A stretch of 64,000 nt of DNA from Candidatus Methylomirabilota bacterium (lineage in GTDB: Bacteria; Methylomirabilota; Methylomirabilia; Rokubacteriales; DASRDR01): the NCBI GenBank assembly GCA_036001225.1, contig DASYUM010000339.1, forward strand, positions 2,808 through 66,807. Reading direction: 5' to 3'. Both the position numbers and the translations under genes were made by a program. Positions 8,731-18,956 of this stretch are shown piece by piece (within the stretch, counting starts at the first letter, position 1; the number at the start of each line of letters is the position of its first letter). The notes under the pieces are model-generated. The model saw only the letters and a program-made list of their open reading frames with translations. It did not search any database and was not told where the DNA came from.

Positions 8731-9306
8731 TCATTGTCGTGATCCCTCGGCGCCGACGCCGAGCGTCCGGCGCAGCTCCTGCTTGGCCCGGAAAATCAGC
8801 GTCGCCACGTGATTCCGCGTGAGCCCGAGCTGGCTGGCGATCTCCTCGTAGCTCAGCTCGCCGTAGTAACGAAGGGTGAGCGGCACGCGGTAGCGGTCCG
8901 GGAGCGCCGCCAGCGCCTGGCGCAGCTCGACCCGGCGCTCCCGGCCCAGAGCTTCCGCCAGCGGGGACGTCGCCTCGCCGGCTGGCCCCTCGGTCGCGTC
9001 CGGGTCCTCGGCGGCGAAGAGGCGTCCGTCCCGCCGGCGCCGCCGCAGCACGTCCACGCAATGATGGGCGGCCACGCTGAAGAGCCAGCGCGGGAAGGGC
9101 TGGCCCGGATCGTACGAGGCCAGCGAGCGCTGCACCCGCAGGAAGACCTCGCTGGCGGCGTCCTCGGCCGCATCGGCGGACCCGAGCAGGTGACGACAGA
9201 GGCCGACGACGCGCCGGCCGAACCGGTGGTAGAGTTCGGCGAAGGCGTCGCCGTCTCCCCCGCGGGCGCGCTCGACCAGCGCCGCCTCTGCTGCCGTCTC
9301 GGCCAT
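8731..9306 (-). CDS. ECF-family RNA polymerase sigma-70 factor
   Basis: 191 aa carrying sigma-70 region 2 (FAELYHRFGRRVVGLCRHLL) and region 4 (LSYEEIASQLGLTRNHVATLIFRAKQELR). Confidence 0.9.
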   Translation of the reverse strand: MAETAAEAALVERARGGDGDAFAELYHRFGRRVVGLCRHLLGSADAAEDAASEVFLRVQRSLASYDPGQPFPRWLFSVAAHHCVDVLRRRRRDGRLFAAEDPDATEGPAGEATSPLAEALGRERRVELRQALAALPDRYRVPLTLRYYGELSYEEIASQLGLTRNHVATLIFRAKQELRRTLGVGAEGSRQ

Positions 9307-9454
9307 GCCGCCCCTCCGCCGGCTCTCATACGGTCTTACGATCGGGCCCCGGCAAAGTTTCGCCCGCCGCCGCCCGGCGTTCCAGCCTCGAAACTTATCG
9401 GGCGGGCGAACGTATGACGAGGTGGAAGCGGTCAGACCCTTGGAAAAGGAGCCG

Positions 9455-9982
9455 ATGATGCGACGAGCGGACTGCTGCCCCCGCCGTTACCCCGCGGATG
9501 GGACCGCCCCCGACCCCGACGGTCCCGGTGTCGTCGCCCGGCCCCCCCGCATCTACCTCGCCTTCACGGCGCTCGGCCTCGCGCTCCACTGGCTCCGACC
9601 CGTGGCGCTCCTGCCGGCCGGGACGCCGCCCGCCCTCGGGTACGCGGCCGGCGGTGTCCTGGCCGGGCTGGGGGTCGCCATCATGGCGATCGCGGTCCGG
9701 CAATTCCGGCGGGCGGGGACGAACGTCGAGACTCCGAAACCGGCCACCGCCCTCGTCACCGACGGCCTGTATCGGTGGTCCCGGAACCCGATGTACCTCT
9801 CGCTGACCCTCATCTACGCCGGCGTCGCGGCCGCCGCCAACAGCCTGTGGCTGGCGGCGCTCCTGCTCCCGCTGCTCGCCGTCATGCGCTACGGCGTGAT
9901 CGCCCGTGAGGAACGATACCTGGCCGGCAAGTTCGGCGGGGGCTACCACGCCTACACGACGTCGGTGCGGCGGTGGCTGTGA
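9455..9982 (+). CDS. Isoprenylcysteine carboxyl methyltransferase (ICMT)/phospholipid methyltransferase family membrane protein
   Basis: Motif VTDGLYRWSRNPMYLS. ATG at 9455 is preceded by AAGGAG. The upstream part of the longer ORF in the track (from 9305) is non-hydrophobic junk. Confidence 0.75.
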   Translation: MMRRADCCPRRYPADGTAPDPDGPGVVARPPRIYLAFTALGLALHWLRPVALLPAGTPPALGYAAGGVLAGLGVAIMAIAVRQFRRAGTNVETPKPATALVTDGLYRWSRNPMYLSLTLIYAGVAAAANSLWLAALLLPLLAVMRYGVIAREERYLAGKFGGGYHAYTTSVRRWL

Positions 9983-10068
9983 GGGCACCGACGCGGGGCA
10001 TGGGTCGGGGCAGTCGAATCGGGCGCCGGGCGGTCAGGGCCAACCGCGCCGGCCAGAGACGGGGAGCG

Positions 10069-13000
10069 TCAGGCGGCGCGGCGGGCGGCCAGCGTCACCA
10101 CGACCGCGGCCAGCTCGGCCGGCTGGACTGGCTTCGCGATGTGGACCTGGAAGCCGGCCGACACGGCGCGGATCCGATCCTCCACGGTTCCGTAGGCGGT
10201 CAGCGCCGCCGCCGGCGTGCGGCCGCCCTGGTCGGCGGGTAGGGTCCGCACCTTGCCGATCAGCGCGTAACCGTCCTCGCCGGGCAGGGCGAGGTCGGCC
10301 AGGAGGACATCGGGCTTCAGTCGGGCCAGTGCCTCCAGGGCCTCGCCCACCGAGGCGACGGCGGTGACGCTCGCCCCGTAGTGCTGGAGCGTCGCCGTCA
10401 CCAGCTCGCGCGCGTCCGCCTCATCGTCCACCACCAGCACCTGCACGCCGGCCAGAATCGGGGCCACCCCGGGCACGCTTCGTCCGGCTTTCTCCGCCGG
10501 TCGCACGGCGGGGATGGGCAGCTTGACGGTGAACGTCGCTCCCTGCCCTTCGCCCGGGCTCTCGACGGAGACGGTGCCGCCGTGTAGCTCGATCAGCTCC
10601 CGCACGATGCTGAGCCCCAGCCCCAGCCCGCCGTGGGTGCGGGTACTCGGGCTCTCGGCCTGCCGGAAGCGCTCGAAGATGTGGGGGAGGAAGTCGGGAG
10701 TGATTCCCTGCCCGGTGTCGCGCACGGTGAGCTTGAACTGTCCCTCCGCTCGCTCGAGGTGCACCGCCACCTGCCCGCCGGCGGGGGTGAACTTGACCGC
10801 GTTGGACAGCAGGTTCCAGATCACCTGCTGGAGTCGCACCGGATCGCCGGACACGGTGGCGTCGGGCACGTCGGGGGCCACGTCGAGCCGGATCGTCTTG
10901 GCCAGCGCGGCCGGGCGTACGACGTCGAGGGCGGCCTCGATGACGGCCCGGAGCGGAACCGGCCGGACGTCGAGCCGGAGTTGGCCGGTGACGACGCGGG
11001 AGACGTCGAGGAGGTCCTCGATGAGCTGGGCCTGCATCTTGGCGTTGCGCTCGATCGTCTCGAAGGCGCGAGCCCGGGTCGGCTCGTCGAGCTTTGCCGT
11101 GCGCAGCAGGTGCAGCCAGCCCAGCATGGCGTTCAGTGGTGAGCGCAGCTCGTGGGAGAGGGTGGCCAGGAAGTGGTCTTTCGACTGGTTGGCCCGACGG
11201 AGCTGGGCCTCGGTCCGCTTGAGCCGGGTGATGTCGTGGAAGACGACCACCGCGGTGGCGGGCTGGCCGTGCATGGCCGGCAGGGTGTCGGCGTAGAGGA
11301 GCAGCGAGCGGGCGCCGGTGGGGAGGTGCCAGTCCATCTGGAACCCCTCCAGCCGCTCGCCGCCAGCGACCCGGACGCCCGGCATCTGGTCGTTGGCGAT
11401 GCGATCGCCGGCGGCATCGGTGCAGTAGTAGACGGTGTGATACTCCTCGGCCGGCACGTTCTTGGGGTAGTCGCCCCCGGCCATCTGGTCGGCGGCCGCG
11501 TTGGCGAAGGTCACCCGCGCGGTGCCGGGCTCGATGAGCAGGATGGGCAAGGGCGCCAGGTCGAGGACCGCTTCCAGCCACGTGCGCTCGTTGGCGAGCT
11601 GCTGCTCGGCCCGCCGGCGCTCGGTGACGTCCATCGCGTACGCGATCAGCCGCACCGGCTGGCCCGTGCTGTCCCGCAGCACCGAGAGCGACAGGTGGCC
11701 GTAGAACTCCTCCCCCGTCTTTCGCTGCAGCTGGACCTCGATCTCGTGGCTCTCCTTGGCCCGGAGCGGCGCCAGCACCTGCTCGGCCACGAACTCCCGG
11801 GCGTTGTCCGGATACACGAAGGAGAGGTGGCGGCCGAGCGCTTCCGCCGCCGGGTAGCCGAAGAGCCGGGCCGCTCCCTCGTTCCAGCTCGTCACGCACC
11901 CCTCCAGATCGGTCGCGATGACCGCGTCGTGGATCTGGTCGAGGATCTGGGCATGCTGGCGGAGCGTCTCCTCGGTCTGCCTGCGCTCGGTGACGTCCAC
12001 CATGAGGCCGCGGAGCTGGCGAGGACGGCCGTCCTCCCCGGGAACGACGTAGACGATCGCGTGGAGCCAGACCATCCGGGCGTCGGCCGTCACCGCCCGG
12101 TATTCGAAGTCGTGTTCGCGCCCCTCGGCGGTCGCCGTCCGGCGGAGCGTGGTGATCCGCTCGCGGTCCACCGCGTGGATGTGCTTGAGCCAAAACTCGG
12201 GATCCTCCAGCCACTGCTCGACCGGATAGCCGAGGATCTCCTTGGCCCGTTGGCTGACGAAGGTGAAGCGGAAGGTCGCGGGGTCGGCCTCCCACACGAT
12301 GGCGTGGAGGCCCTGGACCAGGTCGTGGAACCGGCGCTGGGCCGCTTGCGCTTCGGTGTACAGGCCCGTCCGCTCGACCACCATCGAGGCCATCTGGGCG
12401 AGCTGGACCAGCACGGCTTCGTCGCTGGCGGTGAACGGCCCCCCGTCCTTGCCGAACAGCTCGATGCGCCCGAGAGGCCGGCCACGCCGGCCGAGCAGTG
12501 GCGCCGTGACCCCGCTCGGCGCGGGCGTCTCCGCCAGCGGCCCCGGCATCCCGGCGGGTGAGACGGCGGTGAGCCGCTCCACCCCGTCCTCCTCGAGGGT
12601 CACCCTGGTCACCGCGCGCTGAGCCCCGACGATGTCTCGGGCCTGATCGGTGATGACCTGCAGCAGCTCGTCGAGTGACAGAGTCCCGTTCATCGCCAGC
12701 GCGGCGCGGGTCAGTGCGCGGAGCTGGATGGCGTGTCCCTCGGTCCGGCGGGCCGCGCGCTCCGCCTCCAGGCGAGCGGCGAGCTCCCGGCCGAGGAGCT
12801 GGTCCTTCAGCCGATTGCGCTCTCGGAGCACCCCGACGAGCCGGGCGCCCTGGAGCGCGCTCGCCGCCTGGCTGGACGCCGTCCGGAAGAGGAAGCTCTC
12901 CGCCTCGGTGGGGAAATCGGCGCGGGCGGCGGCGGCCACCACCATGGCGTCCGTCCCCAGCGGCAGGCACACCAGCCGCACGCTGCCCGAACCGGCGGGG

Positions 13001-13362
13001 TGCGGGATCACCGCCGCCGAGGCTGGCGGCTGCGGCGTGATCCACGGCGCCAGTCCGCGGCCGAGGGCCTCGGTCCGATCCGCCGCGCTCGGCCTCTGCT
13101 CGACCTGGGCCGCCTCGATGACCGGCCCTCCGGCGGGATCGGTCAAGCGCACGTACGCGAAGGCCAGGTCGAGCATGCTCGACAGGACGTCGGCGAGATC
13201 CTGCGCGATCCGGCCCGGCTCCTGGCCGCTCCAGGCCGCCGGCAACGCCAGGAGCGCAGCGACATCGCTCGCCTGCCGGCGGAGCCGGACGACCTCGTCG
13301 GTCAGCGCGGCGATGGACGCCGGTGAGGCGGCCGGGGGCGGCGACTCAGGCTCCGCGGCCAT
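10069..13362 (-). CDS. Hybrid sensor histidine kinase (GAF/PAS repeats, HisKA, HATPase_c, C-terminal receiver)
   Basis: H-box FLATLSHELRSPLNAMLGW. HATPase G-boxes are present. C-terminal REC domain VLVVDDEADARE…DVLLADLALPGEDG. Confidence 0.9.
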   Translation of the reverse strand: MAAEPESPPPAASPASIAALTDEVVRLRRQASDVAALLALPAAWSGQEPGRIAQDLADVLSSMLDLAFAYVRLTDPAGGPVIEAAQVEQRPSAADRTEALGRGLAPWITPQPPASAAVIPHPAGSGSVRLVCLPLGTDAMVVAAAARADFPTEAESFLFRTASSQAASALQGARLVGVLRERNRLKDQLLGRELAARLEAERAARRTEGHAIQLRALTRAALAMNGTLSLDELLQVITDQARDIVGAQRAVTRVTLEEDGVERLTAVSPAGMPGPLAETPAPSGVTAPLLGRRGRPLGRIELFGKDGGPFTASDEAVLVQLAQMASMVVERTGLYTEAQAAQRRFHDLVQGLHAIVWEADPATFRFTFVSQRAKEILGYPVEQWLEDPEFWLKHIHAVDRERITTLRRTATAEGREHDFEYRAVTADARMVWLHAIVYVVPGEDGRPRQLRGLMVDVTERRQTEETLRQHAQILDQIHDAVIATDLEGCVTSWNEGAARLFGYPAAEALGRHLSFVYPDNAREFVAEQVLAPLRAKESHEIEVQLQRKTGEEFYGHLSLSVLRDSTGQPVRLIAYAMDVTERRRAEQQLANERTWLEAVLDLAPLPILLIEPGTARVTFANAAADQMAGGDYPKNVPAEEYHTVYYCTDAAGDRIANDQMPGVRVAGGERLEGFQMDWHLPTGARSLLLYADTLPAMHGQPATAVVVFHDITRLKRTEAQLRRANQSKDHFLATLSHELRSPLNAMLGWLHLLRTAKLDEPTRARAFETIERNAKMQAQLIEDLLDVSRVVTGQLRLDVRPVPLRAVIEAALDVVRPAALAKTIRLDVAPDVPDATVSGDPVRLQQVIWNLLSNAVKFTPAGGQVAVHLERAEGQFKLTVRDTGQGITPDFLPHIFERFRQAESPSTRTHGGLGLGLSIVRELIELHGGTVSVESPGEGQGATFTVKLPIPAVRPAEKAGRSVPGVAPILAGVQVLVVDDEADARELVTATLQHYGASVTAVASVGEALEALARLKPDVLLADLALPGEDGYALIGKVRTLPADQGGRTPAAALTAYGTVEDRIRAVSAGFQVHIAKPVQPAELAAVVVTLAARRAA

Positions 13363-13582
13363 CCGCCGGAGACTCCGGGAAAACCGGGTGTAGGCGTCGG
13401 GGGCGCGGGGTCGTGTGGATGACGGCCTCCAGCCAAAGCATCAGGGCGTCGATGACGCTGGGAAACGAGGAGGGCCCGCTGACTCGGCGTTCCACCGGCC
13501 TCAATTCGAGACATACCAACTCCGATGACCGCGTGTCAAGCTCACCGCGAGGGTACGGTCCTGAACGATCTCGCGGCCAGGG

Positions 13583-14923
13583 TCACCGCACCCGGCTCGG
13601 AACCGGCCCCTGCTCGACGAGCCAGCGGGCCGCCCGCAGGAGCCGGCCGTCGTCGCCCCGCGCCGCCACCAGCTGAACGCCGAGCGGCATGGCCTCCGCC
13701 CCCCGCAGGATCGGCAGGCTGACCGCCGGCACCCCGCACAGCGTCCAGATCGTGCAGAAGATCGGGCTCCCGGTCGACTCGAGGCCGATCGGCGCGGCGC
13801 CGGTGGTGGCCGGGGTCACGAGCGCGTCGTAGGCGGCGAAGATCGGCGCCAGCGCCCGGTGGAGCTGGGGGACCGCCTCCAGCGCCTCGTTGTACTCGAC
13901 CGCGCGATACGCCTGGCCGCGCTCGATCATCTCGGAGAGCCGCGGGCTCAGCCGATCCCGGCCCGCCGCGTACTCCGCCGCGAAGCTCTTCGCCAGGTCT
14001 GCCTCCATGATGGTGCGGTGCCAGCCGACCGCGTGGGCGAAGATCGGCGGCAGCTCGACCTCCACCGCCCGGTTCCCGAGCTGCGCGACCAGCGCCGGGA
14101 ACGCGGCCCGGACGTCCGGCTCCGCCTGCTCCCACATCGGCGTCCGGACGAAGGCGAGCCGGGGGGGGACGGGCGGCGTCGCCGCCACCGCGTCACGGAG
14201 CCGCGGGCGCGCTCGGGGGCGCATGGCGGCGTCACGCTCGTCGTAGACCATCAGCGCCTCGCCGAGGAGCGCGACATCCTCGAGGCTCCGCGCGAACACC
14301 CCGACCTGGTCGAGCGGCGGCGACTGGCGGAGCGCGCCATGACGCGAGATCAGCCCGTAGGTCGGCTTGTAGCCGACGACCCCGCAATAGGCGGCGGGCC
14401 GGATGACCGACCCGTTGGTCTGGGTCCCGAGGGCGAGGGGCACCATGCCCGCGGCCACGGCGGCCGCCGAGCCGCTGGAGGAGCCGCCCGGCGTGCGCCG
14501 CGGGTCGTGGGGGTTCCGGGTCTTGCCGGGCCAGTAGACGGCCAGCTCGGTAGTGACAGTCTTGCCCAGGACGATCGCCCCCGCCGCCCGGAGCAGCGCG
14601 ACCGCGGCGGCGTCCTCGGTCGGCTGGCGGCCGGCGTGGAGGACGGTGCCGTTCTCGGTCGGCATGTCGGCGGTGTCGAAGATGTCCTTCACGCCGACGG
14701 GGATCCCGTCGAGCGGGCCGAGCTCCCGGCCTGCCCGCCGGGCGGCATCGGCCTCCCGGGCCTGGCCCACGGCGTGGTCGCGATCGAGGAACGCCCAGGC
14801 GCCGACGACGGGCTCGCGCTCGGCGATCCGCTCGAGGCACGCCGCGACGACCTCCTCGGCGGTGAGCTTGCCGCGGCGGATGGCGGCGGCGGCGGCGACG
14901 GCGGTCAACGGGACCGGATCCAT
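13583..14923 (-). CDS. Amidase-signature family amidase
   Basis: Amidase signature GGSSSGSAAAVAAG and catalytic-Lys context GIPVGVKD. 446 aa. Confidence 0.85.
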   Translation of the reverse strand: MDPVPLTAVAAAAAIRRGKLTAEEVVAACLERIAEREPVVGAWAFLDRDHAVGQAREADAARRAGRELGPLDGIPVGVKDIFDTADMPTENGTVLHAGRQPTEDAAAVALLRAAGAIVLGKTVTTELAVYWPGKTRNPHDPRRTPGGSSSGSAAAVAAGMVPLALGTQTNGSVIRPAAYCGVVGYKPTYGLISRHGALRQSPPLDQVGVFARSLEDVALLGEALMVYDERDAAMRPRARPRLRDAVAATPPVPPRLAFVRTPMWEQAEPDVRAAFPALVAQLGNRAVEVELPPIFAHAVGWHRTIMEADLAKSFAAEYAAGRDRLSPRLSEMIERGQAYRAVEYNEALEAVPQLHRALAPIFAAYDALVTPATTGAAPIGLESTGSPIFCTIWTLCGVPAVSLPILRGAEAMPLGVQLVAARGDDGRLLRAARWLVEQGPVPSRVR

Positions 14924-14942
14924 GCTCGCCCCCGCCGCCGGG

Positions 14943-16119
14943 TCAGCGGCCGCCGGCGAGGTAATCCAGCGCGGCCACGATCCCGCCCTTTCGGTAGGGC
15001 ACGCCGGCCACCGCCAGTCCCATCTCGACGCCGGCCAGCGTCCCCGCCAGCATCAGGTCGTTGAAGTCGCCGAGATGCCCGATCCGGAAGACCTTGCCCT
15101 GCAGCTTGGTGAGGCCGGTTCCCAGCGACATGTTGAACCGCTCCAGCACGAGCTTGCGAAACGCGTCGGCGTCGTGGCCCTCCGGCATGCGGGCGGCCGT
15201 CAGCGAATTGCTGTACTCGCGCGGCTCCTGGCACTGCAGTTCGAGCCCCCAGGCCTGCACGGCGCGCCGGGTCGCCTCCCCGTGGCGGGCGTGGCGCGCG
15301 AAGACCGCCTCCAGCCCCTCCTCCCGCAGCATGTGGAGGGCTTCCCGCAGGCCGTAGAGCAGGTTGGTAGCCGGGGTGTAGGGATAGAAGCCGCTCCGGT
15401 TGTGCTTGAGCATCTCCTCCCACCGCCAGTAAGCGCGGGGCAGCCGGGCCTTCTCGGCCGCCTTCAGCGCCTTCTCGCTGACCGCGTTGAACCCGAGGCC
15501 GGGCGGCAGCATGAGGCCCTTCTGCGAGCAGCCGACGGTGACGTCCACCCGCCACTCGTCGTGCCGGTAGTCGATGGAGCCGAGCGACGAGATGGTGTCC
15601 ACCAGCAGGAGCGCGGGGTGACGGGCCCGGTCCATGGCCGCCCGGATCTCGTCGACCCGGGAGGTGACGCCCGTCGAGGTCTCGTTGTGGACGACGGCGA
15701 GCGCCTTGATGCTGTGGGCCTGGTCCTCGGTGAGCCTCGCCTCGACGGTCTCCGGTGAGACGCCGCGCCGCCAGTCGCCGGGGACGAACTCCACGTCGAG
15801 GTCGAGCTGCCGGGCCATCGCCTGCCACAGGGTGGCGAAGTGGCCGGTCTCGAACATGAGCACCCGGTCGCCGGGGGAGAGCGTGTTGGTGAGGGCGGCC
15901 TCCCAGGCGCCGGTCCCGGAGGAGGGATAGATGATGACCGGCCCGGCGGTCTTGAAGATCTGCCGGAGCCCGTCGAGGACCTCGCGGGCCAGCGCGGCGA
16001 ACTCCGGCCCCCGATGGTCGGCGGTGGGGGCCGCCAGCGCGCGCAGGACGCGGTCGGGGACGTTGGTCGGCCCCGGGATCTGCAGGAAGTGCCGGCCGGT
16101 CTGGTAGCGATCTGCCATG
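14943..16119 (-). CDS. Class-V aminotransferase (serine-pyruvate/alanine-glyoxylate/ureidoglycine-glyoxylate aminotransferase family)
   Basis: The real start is MADRYQTGRHFLQIPGPTNVP at ATG 16117-16119, preceded by a GGAG RBS. AGXT-like sequence throughout. Confidence 0.8.
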
Positions 16120-16313
16120 GTCCTCGACTCCTCTCTGCGGTCAGTCTTCGTCGTCGAGCTTCGCCAGCAGGGCGGCCAGCCGGAGGTCGCCGCCGGCCGG
16201 GGGTCGCCAGTCGACGGAGACCACGCGGACATTCTGCGCTTCGAAGCTCTCCGCGAACAGCTCGAGCCCGATGTTGACGACGCGCAGGGGCTCGGTGAGG
16301 ACGCTCGGCCGGC

Positions 16314-17835
16314 TCACGACGCCGCGCCCAGGAGCGAGCCGGCCAGCGCCGGCCTCACCAGCAGGGCCGCGAAGCGGCTCGCCTCGCTGTTGGTCGGCAG
16401 CACCTCGACTCCCGCCGCCTCGAGCTGCGCGATCTGGCCCGCCAGGCCCTGGGGATCACCCGCGGTGCCGACGACCGAGGCGACGGCGGCCAGCCGGCGG
16501 CCGTCGGCGTCGGCGCGCGCCCGCGCCTCGCGCAGCGCGGCGGCGACCGGAGCGGCGGGGTCTGGATGGGCGCCCCGGCCGAGCACCACGTCCAGCAGCA
16601 GCACGCCGACCTCGCGGGCGGCGCCGGCCTCGACGATCGGCTCGGCCCGCGCCCGGGGGTCCATCATCGGATGGGGCCGACCGGCGGTGAAGGCCTCGGC
16701 TCCGAGATCGAGGACGCGCGAAGCCGCGGCGCCGAGGAGCGGATCCAGGAGCAGGCGCCTCGTGGGCGAGGGTCCCGCCGGTATAGAGTCCCAGGACGCC
16801 GGCGCCGCCGGCCGCGCCGCCCGCGCGCAGGCGGGCCAGTCGCGCCCGGACGCCGGCGGGGTCGCCGAACGGCCGCGGCGCCCAGCTCTGCCCCCGCAGG
16901 AGGGCGAGCGCCGCGTCGGCCGCCTCGTCGAGCGTTCGGACCCACACCCCGGGGCCATCGCCGCCCGCACGCTCCGCTCCCAGACAGCAGACGACGACCG
17001 GCTTTCCGAGCCGGGCCAGCGCCGCGTCCAGCCGCCGCAGCGTCGTCGGGGCGGGGGGCTTCGAGATCAGCACCACGACTTCAGTGTGCGCATCCGCGTC
17101 GAGCGCGGCCAGGGCGACGCCGGTCATGGCGCCGCCCACCTCTGCCGAGAGGTCGCGGCCGCCGACGCCCAGGCCGTGGGAGATCCCCTCGCCCCCCAGC
17201 GCGACCCGGGAGACCACCGCCTGCAGCCCGGTGCCGGACGCGGCGACGCACCCGACACGCCCCCGCGGGACCACGTTGAAGAACCCGAGCCCGGTGCCGC
17301 CAAGATAGGCGGTGCCGCAGTCCGGCCCCATGCAGAGCAGCCCCCGCCGCAGCGCCTCCTGCTTCAGCGCGATCTCGTCCTCGACCGGCACGTTGTCGCT
17401 GAAGAGGAAGACGTGGCGGTTCCGGCGGAGCGCCCGCATGGCCTCCGGGCCGGCGTAGGCGCCCGGCACCGAGATCGCCACCAGGTTCGCATCGGGAAGC
17501 CGGCGAAGTGCCGACTCCAGCGTGCGCGGCCGGAACGTGGTGGCGGTCTCCGCGGCCCGGCGCCGCGCTGCCAGTAGCTCGCGCGCGGCGGCGAGCGCGG
17601 CCAGCGCCGCCGGCTCGCTCTCCGCCTCGACGGCCAGCACGAGGTCGTCGGGGCGCGCCTTTCGGCTCTCGGCGTCGAGGAGCCCCGCCTGCTCGAGGAG
17701 CGCCTGATTCGCCGGCGTGCCCATGAAGGCGGCGGCCTCCCGCACCCCCGGCCGGTCGCGTAGCTCGGCGGCGATCCGCATGAGAACCACCGAGTCCTGA
17801 TAGAAGGAAGGCAGGACCGCGGTCCGGACCGGCAC
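16314..17835 (-). pseudogene. fdrA: FdrA-like protein (acyl-CoA synthetase NDP-forming / AllF-type) interrupted by a single-base frameshift near 16750-16770. This may be a sequencing error
   Basis: The N-terminal 355 aa (ORF 16456-17835) match FdrA motifs (QDSVVLM, MGTPANQALL, MGPDCGT, ASGTG, LGVGGRDLSAEVGG, ISKPPA, GLYTGGTLAHEA). The C-terminus continues in another frame (ORF 16314-16970: AGRPHPMMDP…VLLLDVVLGRGAHPDPAA). Confidence 0.7.
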
Positions 17836-17836
17836 G

Positions 17837-18753
17837 TCAGCCCCGCCGCCGGAGGCAGGCGCCGGTGACCGCGGCGATCCCGGCCAGGGCGTCCCAGCCC
17901 GAGGTGTGCCCGATCGCGTCCACCGCGTCGAGGCACGTGGCGAGTCGCGGCCGATCGGCGCTCGACACCGCCGCCAGCGTGTCGTGGAGCGCGGCGGCGC
18001 CCTCGCCGGCCGCCGCGCAGGCGAGGTGAGCCCGGCTGATGACCGTCGTCCGCTCGCGGGCCACCGGGAGCGCCCAGCCGGCCAGTGCCCGCGCGAGGTC
18101 GGCTCGGTCCACCGCGTGGAGGGCGAGCAGGATGCCGGCCACGAAGTCGTCGCCCGCCGGCGTCAGTCCCGGGCCGAGGCCGACGAGGCTCGCCGCCTCG
18201 GCCGGCGGCGGCGATGGGGCCCCGGCCCCGGAGACGGCCGCGAGGCCGGCCTCGAGCCAGTCGAGCAAGGGGACGATGCCCCGCCAGGCCAGGCTCAGCA
18301 GCGGCGGGTCGGCCGGGCGGGGACGCCGGGCGGAGACCGCGGTGGCGAGCGGCGTGATCAGCCGGCCGAGGCCCTCGGCCGGCGCCCGCTCGCCGGCGGC
18401 CGCCGCCAGGACGGCCACCCCGCGGGCGAAGTCGGCCGAATGCCGGGCGCCGGGCAGCGGAGCGGGGTGCCAGAGGGCGGCCCCGCCGAGCTCGAAGACG
18501 AAGCGCCCGTCGACGCGCAGGGTCGCGCCGTTGGCCTCCACACCCGCACCGGGGAGGAGGCCGCTCGCTTCCCAGTCGAGCGCCGACGGCAACACGCCCA
18601 GCGCGTTGAGCGGGCCGGCGCCAAGCCCGCGGGGACCGAGGCAGACCACGGACCCGCCGGCGTCCCGGCAGTAGAAGCTCCGGCGAAAGACGGCGAGGAC
18701 GCGCCAGCGCGTCTCACCGGCGAGCGCACGGCGAGCCGGGCCGCCGATCAGCA
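17837..18753 (-). CDS. DUF2877 family protein (YlbF/AllH-like, a partner of FdrA in oxamate carbamoyltransferase)
   Basis: N-terminal motif RVLAVFRRSFYCRDAGGSVVCL resembles the YlbF VVHSVFRHAVNVQLNDGQLVSL motif. The gene overlaps the fdrA start. The start codon is uncertain (GTG at 18751-18753 chosen). The long ORF's N-terminal extension is the translated intergenic repeat. Confidence 0.55.
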
Positions 18754-18857
18754 CGACGGGCACCGGACGCGGAACGAGGGCCACCGGCAGCGCGACGCCG
18801 GTTGCAGCTCGCACGGCGGGACCGGCGGTGGAACCGGGCTGAGGCCCGAGCAGCCCT

Positions 18858-18928
18858 AGGACGCAGGGAGGAGGCGGGCCGAGGCGTATGCCGCATACGT
18901 TGAGGCCCGCCGATGACCGAGGACGACG
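18858..18928. repeat. Intergenic structured repeat element, copy 1: GGCGGGCC-GAGG-CGTATG-CCG-CATACG-TTGA-GGCCCGCC nested hairpins
   Basis: A second, longer copy is at 55341-55468. The outer stem shows compensatory changes between copies (GGCGGGCC/GGCCCGCC versus GGCGGCCC/GGGCCGCC). Confidence 0.65.
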
Positions 18929-18956
18929 GGATGCGACGGGCATCGGCCCGGGCCGG

